Below are positions 43,101-57,900 of a stretch of 64,000 nucleotides of DNA, one piece after another. The stretch's first letter is position 1. Each line of letters starts with the position of its first letter. This DNA comes from Octopus vulgaris (Eukaryota): the NCBI GenBank assembly GCA_951406725.2, contig OX597826.1, forward strand, positions 80,538,001-80,602,000. The letters run 5' to 3'. The position numbers were made by a program, and so were the translations under genes. A model generated the notes under the pieces. It had not been told where the DNA came from. It ran no database searches and was given only the letters and a program-made list of their open reading frames with translations.

Positions 43101-46100
43101 TATAGGGTTAAACAAAAAGCAAATAAATAGGTAACTAAAAGACATTATAGGTACCAATTTGAGAGAGAGTCTACAAAAACAGCCACTTAGGAACAGGGCT
43201 GGCCTTAGGGTTGCTGGTGTCCCGGGAAAGCTAAACTTCAGCTTGCACAAGCTGACAGTCATGGAAATTTCTCTGTTTTGGTCAAGCCCTCTTTGGTGGC
43301 CCCTAGTACATGGCACCCTGGGCGACTGCCCATGTTGCCGGTACCTTAAGTTAGCCCTACTTAGAAAACTTGTAGCATGAATCCCTTTCTGGACAAGGTA
43401 CCAGTTATGCTACAGAACAGTTGGCCAATCTATCTGCTCAAATAAGATGTTATATAATTAGCTGTTCATCATCATCATTTAATGTCCACTTTCTATACTG
43501 GCATGGGTTGGACGGTTTCACTGAGGTCTGGAGAGCCAGGAGGCTGCACCAGGCTCCAATCAGATCTGGCAATGTTTCTACAACAGGATGCCTTTCCTAA
43601 TGCCAACCACTCTGATAAATGAAATATTTTAATCTTGAAGCTTTCCTTCTTGTTTTACTTCCCCCACCATCTCATAGGAGTCAACCTTGAAAATTAAATT
43701 TTAATTCTCTTTTTGATCTCAGTAATTAAGACTGCAGCCTTGCTGGATCACAGCCTTGCAGAGAAGAATCAATTATGAACTTGTGTTTTATTGAGCTTAG
43801 AACAATAAAAAGGAAAAAAAGGGATTGAGTGAGATTTGAACCTGGGACATAAAGGAAAGAAACTGAATTTGAAATTGTTATACTGAAAAAGCATGGGAAG
43901 TTATTTTTCAGATGTTTTAATAACATTGTAATTTTCATCTTGATTCCCCAATCACCTAAATAGCTTTTAGAAATAAAAATAAGATATGATAAAAATAAAA
44001 TTAAATTAAAATCAACATAAAAAAATTTTATTCACAAAGCATGCACAAAAAAAAAACAAATACAAACATACAAAACTAAACAAACACAAACAATGAGGGC
44101 AGAGTGGTTATTAATTATTTAAACACACAAACATTTAATGGCATAAGAGAGAGAGAGAGAAGAATTAGTGTCTATGAAGCATGCAACGACTAGAACTACA
44201 GATTACTAAAGAGTGACAGGTGGAGATAAAAAAAGAAAAGAAACACAAGAGAGATTCGGTAGAAGTGACAAGCGTACCCAGGAGATGTGTCAGGTGACGA
44301 CTCAAATGGCATTTCGGCATGCGTGATTAAAGATTTAATTTCAGAAGACGAGCCTTCGGCCAGGCCTTCTGTGTGTCGCAATATATGAGCTTTGCCATTA
44401 GACTCGCTGTTAATGGAAGAAAAAGTAGAAATGATAATACTCCAAAGAATTCCCTTTAGAGATGATGGCATGCAGGATTTCCGTTTTCTTTTCTTTTTTT
44501 CTTTATTCTCTCGAATGGTTGTTTGCTCAAAATACATTCATAGACTCTAACAACAACAGCAACAACAAAAACTAATGTCATCATCATCATCACCAGTTTC
44601 AAATTATGAGGCATTTACACATTTATTCACACTGTTACCCAGTGCAAAAGAGGTTTCAATAAATTCAGTTTCTAAATCGCGATTTGGTTTCTTTTTTCCA
44701 TTTAACATATTCTACTTGCATTCATGTGTGTCCATGTGCACATTAGTGTACCAATACATAAGGTTTGACTGTGTTATTTCACCTTGGATTACTTCCAAGA
44801 ATTACCAAGAGTATTGTTATCATTAAGAGTTTACTCATCCATCAAAAGATTCAAGTTTTTTTTTCAGGTTTCATTTTATTTTTGGTTTATATACATAAGC
44901 GCAGGCACGGCTGTGTGGTAAGAAGCTTGCTTCCCAACCACATGGTTCTGAGTACAGTTCTACTGCGTGGCACCTTGGGTAAGTGTCTTCTACTATGGCT
45001 TCAGGCTAACCAAAAGCCTTGTGAGCGAATTTGGTAGATGGAAACTGAAAGAAGACTGTCGCACGCGTGTGTGTGTGTGTGTTTATCACCCCGCCATCAC
45101 TTCACAACCAATCTTGGTGTGTTTACATCCCTGTAACTTAGCAGTTCAGCAAAAACGACCAATAGAATAAGTACCAGGCTTACAAAGAATAAGTCCAGGG
45201 GTCAATTTCTTTGACTAAAAAGCAGTGGCCACAGTCAAAATGACTGACGCAAAAAAAATATATATATATATTCGAGCGTGATCGTTACCGCATCACCTTA
45301 CTTGCACTTGTGCTGGTGGCATGTGAAACATTCGAGCGAGGTCGTTGCCAGTGCCGCTGGACTGGCTCCTGTGCAGGTGGCACATAAAAAGCACCATTTG
45401 GGCGTGGCCGTTGCCAGTACCACCAAACTGGCCCTCGTGACGGTGGCACGTAAAAGCACCCACTACACTCTCGGAGTGGTTGGCATTAGGAAGGGCATCC
45501 AGCTGTAGAAACTGTGCCAGATCAGATTGGAGTCTGGTTCGCCAGACCTCAGTCAAATCGTCCAACCCATGCTAGCATGGAAAGTGGACATTAAATGATG
45601 ATGATGATGACACACATACCATATTTTTCTTGAACTTATTCGTTTTATTGTCATTACTTAAGAGCCCCAGGTTAATATTTTACAATGTGTGTTAAATAGT
45701 GCCTTCCAGCAAGAAAATTTAGACTCGCTATGATGATACTAGTGGTTGTTTAATTACAGCAGAACAATCTTGATTGGGCAGACCTGTGATCAAAGATGCT
45801 CCAAGAATGACTGTTTCATTACTATTTCAAAAATCAGGTGAATCACTCACAGTATTTTATTGGTACTTTTAAATAGATTTCATCAGGTGGAGTGCGAAAA
45901 GCAGGGTCAACCCCAGAAGAATTTGTAAAAAAAGGGAAGTTCAGGATCAAAACCCAAGGGCCTATTATTAAATACCTAAACCAACACTTTGCTGTTTATA
46001 ATAAGAAATGATTTTCTTTTGAGAAAGGCGATAGAAAAACCAACCCAACACTTCACTGGTCACACATTTTATCAAGCCCCCGCCCAGAGCACCAGGGGAT

Positions 46101-46721
46101 GTAACTCAATAGCACAAGTCATTTTGTCATCCATCCTGCCCGATTCTGATAATCAATCACAATATTAGAAACAGCAGCAGAATAAGTAACAGAGTTCTAC
46201 AGGCAGTACTGCATCATAACCACTGACATAATTACCATAATCAATTAGTTAATCCATATCACCTTTTAGCTGATCAGTAATCTAACTTTAGAAACAACTA
46301 ATAACCCAACAAATCATGAAAATTTGAATATTCAATATATTTAAGTTATATTTCTGTTTAGAATGCAGATCAACTCATTGTTGTGGAAAGGAACTTGGAA
46401 GACACCCATTATCCCCGCCTTCTCAACAGCACAGTCGAAAGTATTGAATCTCCTGTAGTTTAATGATTATCAGACTACCAGCATCATCATCATCATCATA
46501 ATGTCTACTTTTTCCATGCTTGCATGGATCAGATAATGTTTATTGAAGCAGATTTTCTACGGCTGGACACCCTTGCTGTCACCAACCCTCACTTGTTTCC
46601 AAGTACAATAATATTCCCCCTTAACCAAACATGTTCTCACAGAATATTGGAAATGAAGAATGCTGCTTGTATGACAGTGACACTCATTTACAACCATCAT
46701 AACAGTCAAGATAAAGAAGCA

Positions 46722-46764
<43 letters not shown>

Positions 46765-49700
46765 TGCGTATGCATATTTGTCAATGTGACCTGTGCAGTA
46801 TTTTCTAAATGACAACAAACTGTTTTTCCATGACATCAGCAACAACCAGAATTTAAAATAGTCAGAAAAAAATGTTTTTATATTCAATATCCGTGCCATG
46901 CTTCTATGTACTGAAAGAGTGTCTTCTGTGTTTCACAACGGGTTTTATAACAACAATATAGCTGAGAGAAAATGCCTATTTCTTTACTACCCACAAGGGG
47001 TTAAACACAGAGAGGACAAACAAGGACAGACAAACGGATTAAGTCGATTATATCGACCCCAGTGCGTAACTGGTACTTATTTAATCGACCCCGAAAGGAT
47101 GAAAGGCAAAGTCAACCTCGGCGGAATTTGAACTCAGAACGTAAAGGCAGACGAAATACGGCTACGCATTTCGCCCAGTGTGCTAACGTTCATAGTGGCA
47201 TTGACTAAGCAGAATGTTTTGCTGAAGAGGTCCAATAGGACAAAAACATGTCTATTGCCTTTCACCATTTGGCTAGAAGAGTAAATCCACTCCTACAGTG
47301 AATCCTCTATATGTTTCCCCCACCTCGCCTAAACTGAGGAAGTTTTCTTTTGTCAAGTAATTGTGTGAATAATCTTAATTAAGTGAAAATTTCACAATGC
47401 ATCGACATTCTATACGTGAGAGGCTAACGTGTTTTGTAGAGCTTGTGTAGGTATGAGTATGTATGAGTATCATGCGACAGGGATTAGTGATGGATCCTGG
47501 CAAAATGACATGACCAAACAAGAGATGGATCTGTAGCATGCACGGAAGAAGAAGGAAGAAAGAAAGAAGAAGGAGAAAGAAGAAGAAAGAAAGGAGGAGA
47601 AGAAGGAGAAAGAAGAAGAAAAAGAAGAAGAAGAAGAAGAAGAAGAAGAAGAAAGAAGAAGAAAAAGAAGAAGAAGAAGAAGAAGAAGAAGAAGAAGAAG
47701 AAGAAGAAGAAGAAGAAGAAGAAGAAGAAGAAGAAAGAGAAGGAGAAGGAGGAGAAGAAGGTGTAGATGTTCTCAGAAAGAGCTTGTATGAAATCTGAAA
47801 GACAGTGGAGTTACAACAAAAACAACCAACATTACTGAATTATCCAACAGATTTCTTGATGAAAATTTTATCCGGAATAAAATTACAATTTAAAACGCAG
47901 GATACAAAGCTGAAACCAATTGTTAACATTAGTTTTTGACATCATGTTAGAAATATTCATTTGAAATGTTTTTTTTATACTTATTTACAGAAACATCTCC
48001 ATTTAATTCCAAGATACATCACAAGACCTATTACAGTGAATATAAACATTACTTACATAGTTAGGGCAGTGGAAAAAAATTTACATGCAGTCCACATATT
48101 TACATACAATGTCAGGTTTCCCACTGACACCAGGCAATTAAACTTAAACAAAACACTTTAAAAAAACAACCAAATATTTAAAATAATTGCTGTTCATTTA
48201 TTACAACCAGTCTGCTATCTTATGCATCATTCTCATACTCTGAATATTTCTAGAAAAGACTCTCTGGAAGTTGACTACCTTAAAGTTGGCAAAGCTGATC
48301 TGTTCAGTGCAAACCAGGAAAGCCACAATGGCTGATTACAATATTGAATTTAATTTTTTTATATTTAGAGTTAAACAGTTCTTCGTGTGTTCCCTTTCTA
48401 CAGATCATCATCACCATCTAACTTTATCATGCTTGCTTGGGCCAGACGGGATTTTTGAAGTGGATTTTCTATGGCCAGATGCCCTTCCTAATACCAAGCA
48501 CTTTACAGAGTGTACTAGGTGCATGCTAATATAACAGCACCAGAGAGGTATTGTCCTCAACAAGACAAAAGCATCCTCATGACCCTATGTCATATCTGTC
48601 CACTCACCAACCACAATATGTACTGAGTGCATTTTATCATGGCACCAGCACTAGTAAGGTTGCCTGGTATTCTGCAAGACTGTCATCACTACTCAACATT
48701 CTTCATCATCATCGTTTAACGTCTGCTTTCCATGCTAGCATGGGTTGGACGGTTCAACAGGGGTCTGGGAAATCAGTAGGCTGCACCAGGCTCCAGTCTG
48801 ATCTGGCAGTGTTTCTACAGCTGGATGCCCTTCCTAACGCCAACCACTCTGTGAATGTAGTGGGTGCTTTTTACGTGCCACCAGCACAGGTGCCAGGGGA
48901 GGCTGGCAACAGCCACGATTCTTCATTTAGTGAAAACAATGTAACCAATAGAGTCATATTTTTATGTAACAAAAAATTTTTTAAAAAAGGGCAACTGTTA
49001 AAGGAGACTCACCAGTTTAGCACAATCTAACAATATTGAATAAAAGGTGATTAATTAATATCATTCAAAAAATACCAGGGATTTCAGTTGCAGAATCAGT
49101 CCTAGGTTGCGTCATCAATATTGCAGCCCAACAAATGAAGTTGAAAAGAACAAGTGAAACTTAAACATTTATTTCTTTAGTTCCAGACAAAATGGAATCT
49201 TAGTCCAAAAAATACCCAACGATTATTGTAACAGCAGTATGGTTAGATTCCTACTTCACACATTTAAAGGGTTTCATAGGGCTTACTAATGCCTTAATTT
49301 AGGAGACAATACATATTATCTTGAATGAAGTCAGAAATGAAATACTCAATCTCTCCACAGTTCAACCAACATCCTGCAAGATATCATCTGTTATCATAGA
49401 AACCTTGCTGTTGTGGTAGGATAAGAATTTCCCAGGTGGGTTGTGTCAAGGATTTGGTATACTTTCATTTGAAACAGTTTCCTTTATGTTACTAATGTCT
49501 TGAAGAGGTAAATGCCACGACTTGAAAATAGCTCAGAATTTACATGCCAGCTGTGGGAATAATTATAACAGGTAAATTCTGTTGTGTCTGGGGACACGAA
49601 CTCATATAAAGAATCTTGCAAACCAAATCCAAAAACGAAATATAACAGGTAAACATTTTCCAAAATGAAAGCAAAATAAAACATAACAACATGTGAATTT

Positions 49701-51793
49701 GCACTCAGTTCACATTTCAAAAGTATGACTGCTCTCGAGCACCAAAGAGTTCTCAGGACTTATCAACCAAATGAAATCAAAACTGACAAACTTTCACTCA
49801 CCTTCTGTGATGTCTTCGTGGATGATGCCCACCAAATGATTTGGACCTAGAGTGAGTAGGTTTGTGCCCGAGACCCAAAGTGTCCTTAAGTACGGAAGCC
49901 TAAAAAATAAATAATTCAATGTAAATTAAATGAAGAGTAACAAAATACAACTAATATGAAATACTGATTTTAAATTTTGGCACAAGGCCAGCAATTTCGA
50001 GGCAGTGGGTGAGTTGATTACATCAACCCCAAAGTTTGTTTTATCAACCCTGAAAGGATGAATAACCACCATAAAATATTTATTTCTTTATTGCCCACAA
50101 GGAGTTAAACATAAAGGGGACAAACCAGGACAGACAAAGGGATTAAGCCGATTACATTGACCCCAGTGCATAACTGGTACTTATTTAATCGTCCCAAAAG
50201 GATGAAAGGCAAAGTTGACCTCAGCAGAATTTGAACTCAGAATGTAGCAGCAGACGAAAGACCACAAAGCATTTCGCCCGGCATGCAAATGATTCTGCCA
50301 GCTCACCACCCTAAAATATTAACAGTTATGAACCTTGACAAGTTGTCCTCCAATTAAAAAGTATCTTCAAGGGGCCATTTGTAAAGCTCTCCCCCACCCC
50401 AACCCTTCAGAGTAACAACTAAATCTTCCAGCAGCATTGCTAAACATCTTCATCACATTTTTAAAAATAGAGTAAACATATAAACACTACATTAAAATTA
50501 AAAGCTAAAGTTTGTCGTCAACCTACAAGCTCACTGGGCCACAGATTACCCCAGTTTCCATGACACAGTACATGACACCCCTGAAGGGGATACCAATCCA
50601 ACACAAAATGAACCCTAGCTGATATTCATTTCAGCTGAATTGACTGAAACCATGCCGAAAATTTCAGAGCCCCAACTTGCTACCAAATCCATGTATTGAA
50701 CTCACGACCCTACAGTCACGAGCTGGACACCACAGCCACTTGGCCACAAATCTCAACATTACATAACGTGGTGGTATGCAAAAAAAAAAAAATACTAAAA
50801 AAAAATCATGTAAATGGAATTAGATTGAAAGCAGTGACTGAAATAAATTTCCAAATTAAAAGCTGAGTCAAAGAAGCAAACCTTTTCTCCCTGTTTTTTC
50901 AACTTATTCAAAACATCTCTCCGGAAATCATTAAATAATAGCATTTGCAAGCCTTCCAGTTTTCTGATTTCTATGTCAACAACTGACTGTGAAGCTCCGA
51001 GTTGTCTGTGGAGCAAACAAATGTTGTAAACCATATTAAGATCAAGGAATAACAAAAACAGAACATTATTTGAAATGTTGATTAAATCACTTTGATAAAG
51101 AGCAAGGCTTTATTAGCTGCAAGCATCGTTAAGTGTTCCACCACATTTCTTGTTACTCCACTTCGTAATTAACCTTCACTTCCATCCATAATTCTTTGCC
51201 AGAACTGAATTCTTTAAACTCATATTTTCAACAACATTGCTAAGTTAATTCAACAACAACCTTGTACAATCTCTTGTTTTTCTATCAATTTGTTTACAAT
51301 GTTTACTTACTTGAGATCTTGAACAACAATAGCTTGTTCATTCATTTCTTTCTCAATGAGTCTTGCTCTCACTTTGGGTTCTAAAGTAGTATCAAACACA
51401 AAGGCAGGCAGGTGTTCAGCTGCAATGGTCTGTCTCCGGGTGGGAGCTTCATGCTGAAAGAAAAAACAATTTGGTATAGATTGGTCAATTTAGCAGTTTG
51501 GTTTTTTAATACACCCATGCCTCCCCTTTATAAACAAAAAAAAAATTCTAAACAAGGCAGGTTATCTTAACTAAAAACAACAATGAATGAAAATCCTTTC
51601 CACAAAAAAATGACTGATGCTTTGATTAAATGTTTGCAGCATTATGCAACTCAGAGACAGGTCTCTCCTCAAAGAAGAAGCTAGTCTTTATCAAAAGTTT
51701 AGCAATACTTTTATAATTCCATAACCATAAAATAAAATTCAAAGGAAGCTTATTAAAAACAATGTATATAAAGAGGTATCAACAGAGCCATAC

Positions 51794-51832
<39 letters not shown>

Positions 51833-54587
51833 AGTGTGTGTGCGTGCGTGTGTGATGGACTCTCCTGTCGTTAGACAACGTACAAGGGTTTGACAATTGC
51901 TTAATGAACAACCACACAGATGATTTGTTTATAGTGATCAAATGTTTGTGTAGACATAAGCTCACTCCCTCCATCAAACTGACATTTACCTGTACAGGTG
52001 CAACGGGTGCCACATGTCAAATGACAAAATGATCGCAGAGCAGCATGAAATAAAGTGCTTTGCTCAAGAACACAACACAGCACCCGGACTGGGAATCGAA
52101 CCCACAACCTCACAATCATGAGTGCAACACCTTAACCATTGAACCATGAATACAAATAAAAGTTATGGAGCTTCAAGTCTTACACAAATAGACAATTAAA
52201 ACTGTGCCAAATCAATTTGATCCTTTAAAGGAAGAAGATATCAACCATTTATCTGAAAAGTAAATGCTGTTTTCATGCCATCGTGTTGAACACCTACTTT
52301 TGGTCCATGTAATAAACAAAGTTACTTTTCTCGTATTGGAGTTTATTGTAATGTTTATGTTTTTATTTCAAGAATAATAACATGGAATTTTTCTGCTGAG
52401 TTTCAACATTCTTCAACAGTTACTTGGCAGATTGTGCAATGAGGGCTATATTATTACATTTGGGAACACTCTTTGCTTTCTAGGCCTATAGCCCTTAGTG
52501 GTTTGTTTCAAAAACTTGAATTAAGATAAAAGGACACGAGGACAATCCTGCACTATCTGTTACCACCAGGCAAAACCCTAAATCCTCACAAATTAAATAT
52601 TGATTGTACTTATAAGCCATTCACCTGCATCTAAAACTTTTCACAGAAAAACTATTCTATGGAGATAAATGTAAAGTAAAATTATTTGTTCTTAGAATCC
52701 ATTAAATCCTTGCACCAAATATATAATATCAGAGTCAGAGATTACACATCTGGATGGAAAAACTCAAAAAATATTCTATCCTGGTCTGACTTCTTTCTAC
52801 GACCTTAAAGATCTGATCCATAGACCTCAAGCTCTTCTACTTGTACCTCCTTTGCCTTTACCAGTTCAAAATGGTATGGCTTTAACAGTCATGAAGATCT
52901 ACATATTTCCACATACAATCCGGAGCCTGGTGCAGCCTTCTGGCTTCCCAGACCCCGGTCGAACCATCCAACCTGTGCTAGCACGGAAAACGGACATTAA
53001 ACGATGATGATGATGAATCTGACTAAATGGTTGAATGGTACTAGAAAAGTAAAACAAAAAAATGCCTACTAACGATACTTACACAATCTCAGCAAGTGTC
53101 TTGAATAACTCGCAGCTGAACTAATGAGGGAGCCTCTATATGTTCATTCAATCTGCTAGAAATAGCAACCAGCTAAACTTCCATTATATCACATCCTACT
53201 ATCTTTCAGAAGTATACAGTGAATAATGCAGTCCTAGATACTGTAAGTCAGGTTCAGACATGAGAGTCACATCTGGAATACTTTTAATCAACAAAGGTTG
53301 ACCATTTAGCATTTAAACTGGCCCGAATATTCTACCTCTTTTATGTTCAAACTGGCCAGATCCAGCCTATCCCACTTATTCTACAATGTCATTCTTAAAA
53401 TATACAATCACATCATTGAAATCTCATATGTATGATATAAATTTTCTACTCTAGGCACAAGGCCTGAAATTTTGGGGGAGGGTATCAGTCAATTAAATAG
53501 ACCCCAGTATGCAACTGGTACTTAATTTATCAACCCTGAAAGGATGAAAGGCTAAGTCGACCTTGGCAGAATTTGAACTCAGAACGTAAAGACAGACAAA
53601 ACACCATTGAGCATTTCGCCCCGCATGCTAACATTTCTGCCAGCTCACCACCTTCAAATGCATGATATAACACACAATTCATTCAAAACACTGTGAAGAA
53701 ATAAGCATTAACCATTGAGCGTTCAGATTACTCTGTCAAATGTAAACAACAAACACGTGCAGCTTTCCTCGTTTTAATATCTCTTCAGGTTTTCACCCCC
53801 TAATTTATCGTGTGACTATTACTACACACTTGCTGGCATCAACTCTACCCGGTTCCTTAATACTTCTGATACAATAAATTGCCCCTGTGGGAATCCCATA
53901 TTTCTTAGTATGATTCTGTCAAGAAGAGACGATGCAGTTTATTGAGCACATTTTAACAACATCCTATTCCCCCATCGTACTGGGGGGAACCTACACAGCT
54001 GGGGTAATTTTTTTGCTGTTGCTCACAGTTACCTTTTTGCTGAAGATGATTTAATGTACCGAAAAGAAGCTGGCTCCAGCTTTCAATTATTATATAAATA
54101 AACCAACAAAAGAAATGTGTATATTAACGAATTATATAACAACCCCACACCAGAACATATTTCTTAACGATGAGTGGAAAAGAGAGCAAACAAATAAAGA
54201 AAGAGAACAGGGAGAAAGAGGGTACGTGTACGTGTGTGTTGGGGTGGGGTGGGGTGGATGCATCTTTGCAAAAGAGAAGATATTTATGAAAGGGAGAGAC
54301 TATAAGGGGAGGGGGTGAGGTGCGTGTTAAAGTGCCAGGTTCTCTAAGTATGTAAATATGTTTGGATATGAAAGGAGGGGGAAGTGGTGGAAGAAGGGGA
54401 AGTGGGGTGAAAAAAGGAAAGGTTGGATCATTCCACAGAATGACCAATAACAAGCACAGCAGATACATATATCATAAGAGCATCCAAAAAATATTAAGAC
54501 ATCCGTGCCAAAAACAGGGTGCCAAGAGCCTTCAAGATCAAATATCAGTGAAACAAGATTTCACATACTTCACTGTGGGTGTCTTAA

Positions 54588-54629
<42 letters not shown>

Positions 54630-54932
54630 CACACACATGTGCATGCGCACATGCAGACATACACACATATAAATAGCTGAAAGCTTTGGTCTTGGACAGT
54701 TTACATCAAAGAGTGAAGCTAAGTTAGCAGTAATATACCGAGTGGTAACATAAATATGTCTTTAGTGTGTACTGATGCCAAATTTATTGCAGTGTTTACA
54801 TGTTGCCCATTACACAGGCCATTAATAATGGTTAGCAGAGGAGAGAAAGTGTAGAAAGATAATAAGCTCAGTCGGGTAATGAATGAGTGAGCGGGGAAAG
54901 AGGGAAGAAAAAAGGAAGGACAGAGTAGGAAG

Positions 54933-54963
<31 letters not shown>

Positions 54964-57900
54964 AAGGAAAGCTACAAAGACGAGACAGAAATAAAAAGAG
55001 AAAGGCATACAGGAAAAGAGAGAACAGAGAGAAAGAGAAGAAAAGGGACAGAGAGAGAAGAGAGAGGGCAAAGAGAGAGAAGAGAGAGGACAGAGAGAAA
55101 AAGGAGAGAGAGATAGAGGAGGGGGAGAGAGGGAGAGAGCACAGAGTGAGAGAAGAAAAGATAGACTGTGAAAGAGTGATGGGACAAAGCAGGAAGCAGA
55201 GAGGAGAGAGAGAGAGAGAGGTAAGGAAGAGAGACAAACAAGATAAAGAAGAAGAAGAAGAAGAAGAAGAGAAAGACTTCTCCACACACAAATAAGAATC
55301 AGCTGATAACATCTCACGAAAGCAAGTCAATTCCTTTTAATTTTAGGCTTAAGTTGTTTGTGGTAATAATAATAATAATAATAACAACAACAACTATCGC
55401 CTCCAGTTTAGGCAGGAGGCCAACAATTTTGAGAGAAAGGGAGTTAGGGAACACCATTAACCCAGTATTTGACTGGTTGTATATTTTATAGAGCCAGAAA
55501 AGGATTCGTAGCTGAGAGCTGCCTCAGATTTGAACTCACAGCATTCTGGTTTAAAGTTGTATCCACTTTTGATTAGCATTGCCATATTTGATCGTTTTGA
55601 ACCGAGCTGGCATCATTTAACGTCCCTTTTCCCTGCTGGTATGGGTTGGACAGTTTGACAAGAGCAGATGAGCCAGTTTGGGTTTGGGTTCCATTGTCTG
55701 CTTTGGCATGTTTTCTACAGCTGGATGCCCTTCCTAATGCCAACCACTAAACAGAGTGTACTGGGTGCACTTTTTGCATGGCACCGGCACAGATAAGACC
55801 CTTCAACTGAGCAAGTTATAAGACTGAAAAAAGAAACAGGGATGGTCTATACTCTTAAATATTAGTAAAACACCTACTGACATCTTTCACAGCAAATTAT
55901 GGTTCATGTCAGTTTTGATTATTACACAAAAGAGGCCAAAAGAGGAAAAAAAAACATAGTTTCATATAGTTTAAAAGTGAAAAGAACTCCCTACAAACTA
56001 TTAGTTAGTCCAAATAAACTCTGGATTTTTTTTTTTTTTTTTTTTTTTTGAGACATTCTTATCTTAGGTCAGAAGTTGTGTGCCATTTGGCGGCGCATAT
56101 TTATAAGTCATCTCTTAATTCCTTCTCTTCTTTTCAACAATTATCATTTCTTTTATCTTTGCTTCTTTCAGGCCTTACAATGCAGCCATGCTGGGACCCC
56201 ACTTTGAAGGGTTTAATCAAATGAATTGATCCCAGAACTTTTATTCTTTTTAAAGCCAAGTACTTATTCTTATCAGCCTCTTTTGCCAAACAGCTGCTAA
56301 GTTACAGAAAGAAACAAACCAGCTCTGGCTGTCAAGATATGGTGCAGGACAAACACTAACACACACACACACACACACACACACATGCACAGATACATAC
56401 ATACAGGTTTCTTTTACTTTCCTTCTACCAAATCCAGTCACAAGGTTTTTTTTTAGGGCCTGGGGTTATAGTAGAAGACACTTGCCTAAGGTGCGAAACA
56501 GTAGGACTGAACCAAGAATCAACTGGTTGAGAAGCAAGCTTCTTACCACCCAACCAATGCCTGCACCTATTCTTTATTTCACACACATCTACTTACAAAA
56601 ATACACATTGATAATGTAAATTATAGATATTACAATTTAGCATTATTAAAAACATTGTTGAAGATATATAAATGGCGGTGCCCCAGCATGGCCACAGATG
56701 GTGAGCTGAAACTAAATGAAATAAAATGAAATAAAATATTTTTTTTCTTTTCAACTTGTCATTACTTCTTCAACATTAAACTGTCACACCACTAAAAATC
56801 AAAAAGAAAACTTGGCCATGGTGGGATTTGAACTCACAATCTAAAGAACCAGAATAAATGTAGCATAGCATTCTGTATGATGCTCTGATTCTTCTGCCAA
56901 TACCTGCTATGTTAAATGGAACTAGTCATGACAATAAATTGGTAAACATGAAGACTCCAAAAAGAAATTCATGAAATCACAAAATAAACAACAAGATGAC
57001 AACACACACACACACACATAGTATTTGTATAAAGTAGCTTTACCTGGCCCCATGGCAGTTTGCTCATCGTTCCATCAGGTGAGTCAGCTTCATTGAGAAT
57101 GTCAACAGCATCGTCATCATTAGGGTCTCCAGCAAGAGCCGTGAGGGTGTGGGCAAGGCCAGAGAGTTTTTTGCCAATGTTGGTATCAAGATGAACATCA
57201 ATGCCTTCCATCTCCCATAACACATTCAATATCCACTTGGCATTGCTGGGAGGATCTGTGAACAAGAACAACAGCAACAACGATGAAATGAAAGGGAATA
57301 AAAATAATCTCTTAGGTACAAGTTCACACATTAGGGGAGAAGGTCTTTCATTTTTGGGGAGCAGCCAAACAATATAACCAGTCGTTGAACAATGATGGGA
57401 ATATCATTAGAGGGACCCGTCTCGTGTATCAGTTCTGAGCATCTGCCTTTCCCGTGACTGTGGCTGACATTGGAGATTGACATAGTCTTCGGATTTGTTG
57501 GATCCTGCCAACTCATCCAATCCATGCCAGAATGGAATATCTCTTTCTTTACTACCCACAAGGGGCTAAACACAGAGAGGACAAACAATGACAGACAAAC
57601 AGATTAAGTCGATTATATCAACCCCAGTACGTAACTGGTACTTATTTAATCGACCCCGAAAGGATGAAAGACAAAGTCGACCTCGGCGGAATTTGAACTC
57701 AGAACGTAGTGGCAGACGAAATACCGATAAGCATTTCGCCCAGCGTGCTAACGCTTCTGCCAGCTCGCCGCCAGAATGGAATATCGATGATGATGATGAT
57801 ATGATGAAGGACCACAAGTGGCAAGATACTTCAAAGGAGAAGTTATTTCCAAAGCATATAAGCCTGGAAAATGAATATATAATAATGCTAATGCTGAAAG

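Noticed and set aside
47538-47798. Poly-K/poly-E ORF
   Set aside because: Translation of a (GAA)n tract.
53083-53115. 33-nt AG...GTAAGT pseudo-exon
   Set aside because: Contains an in-frame TGA, has a weak pyrimidine tract and abuts a dispersed repeat.
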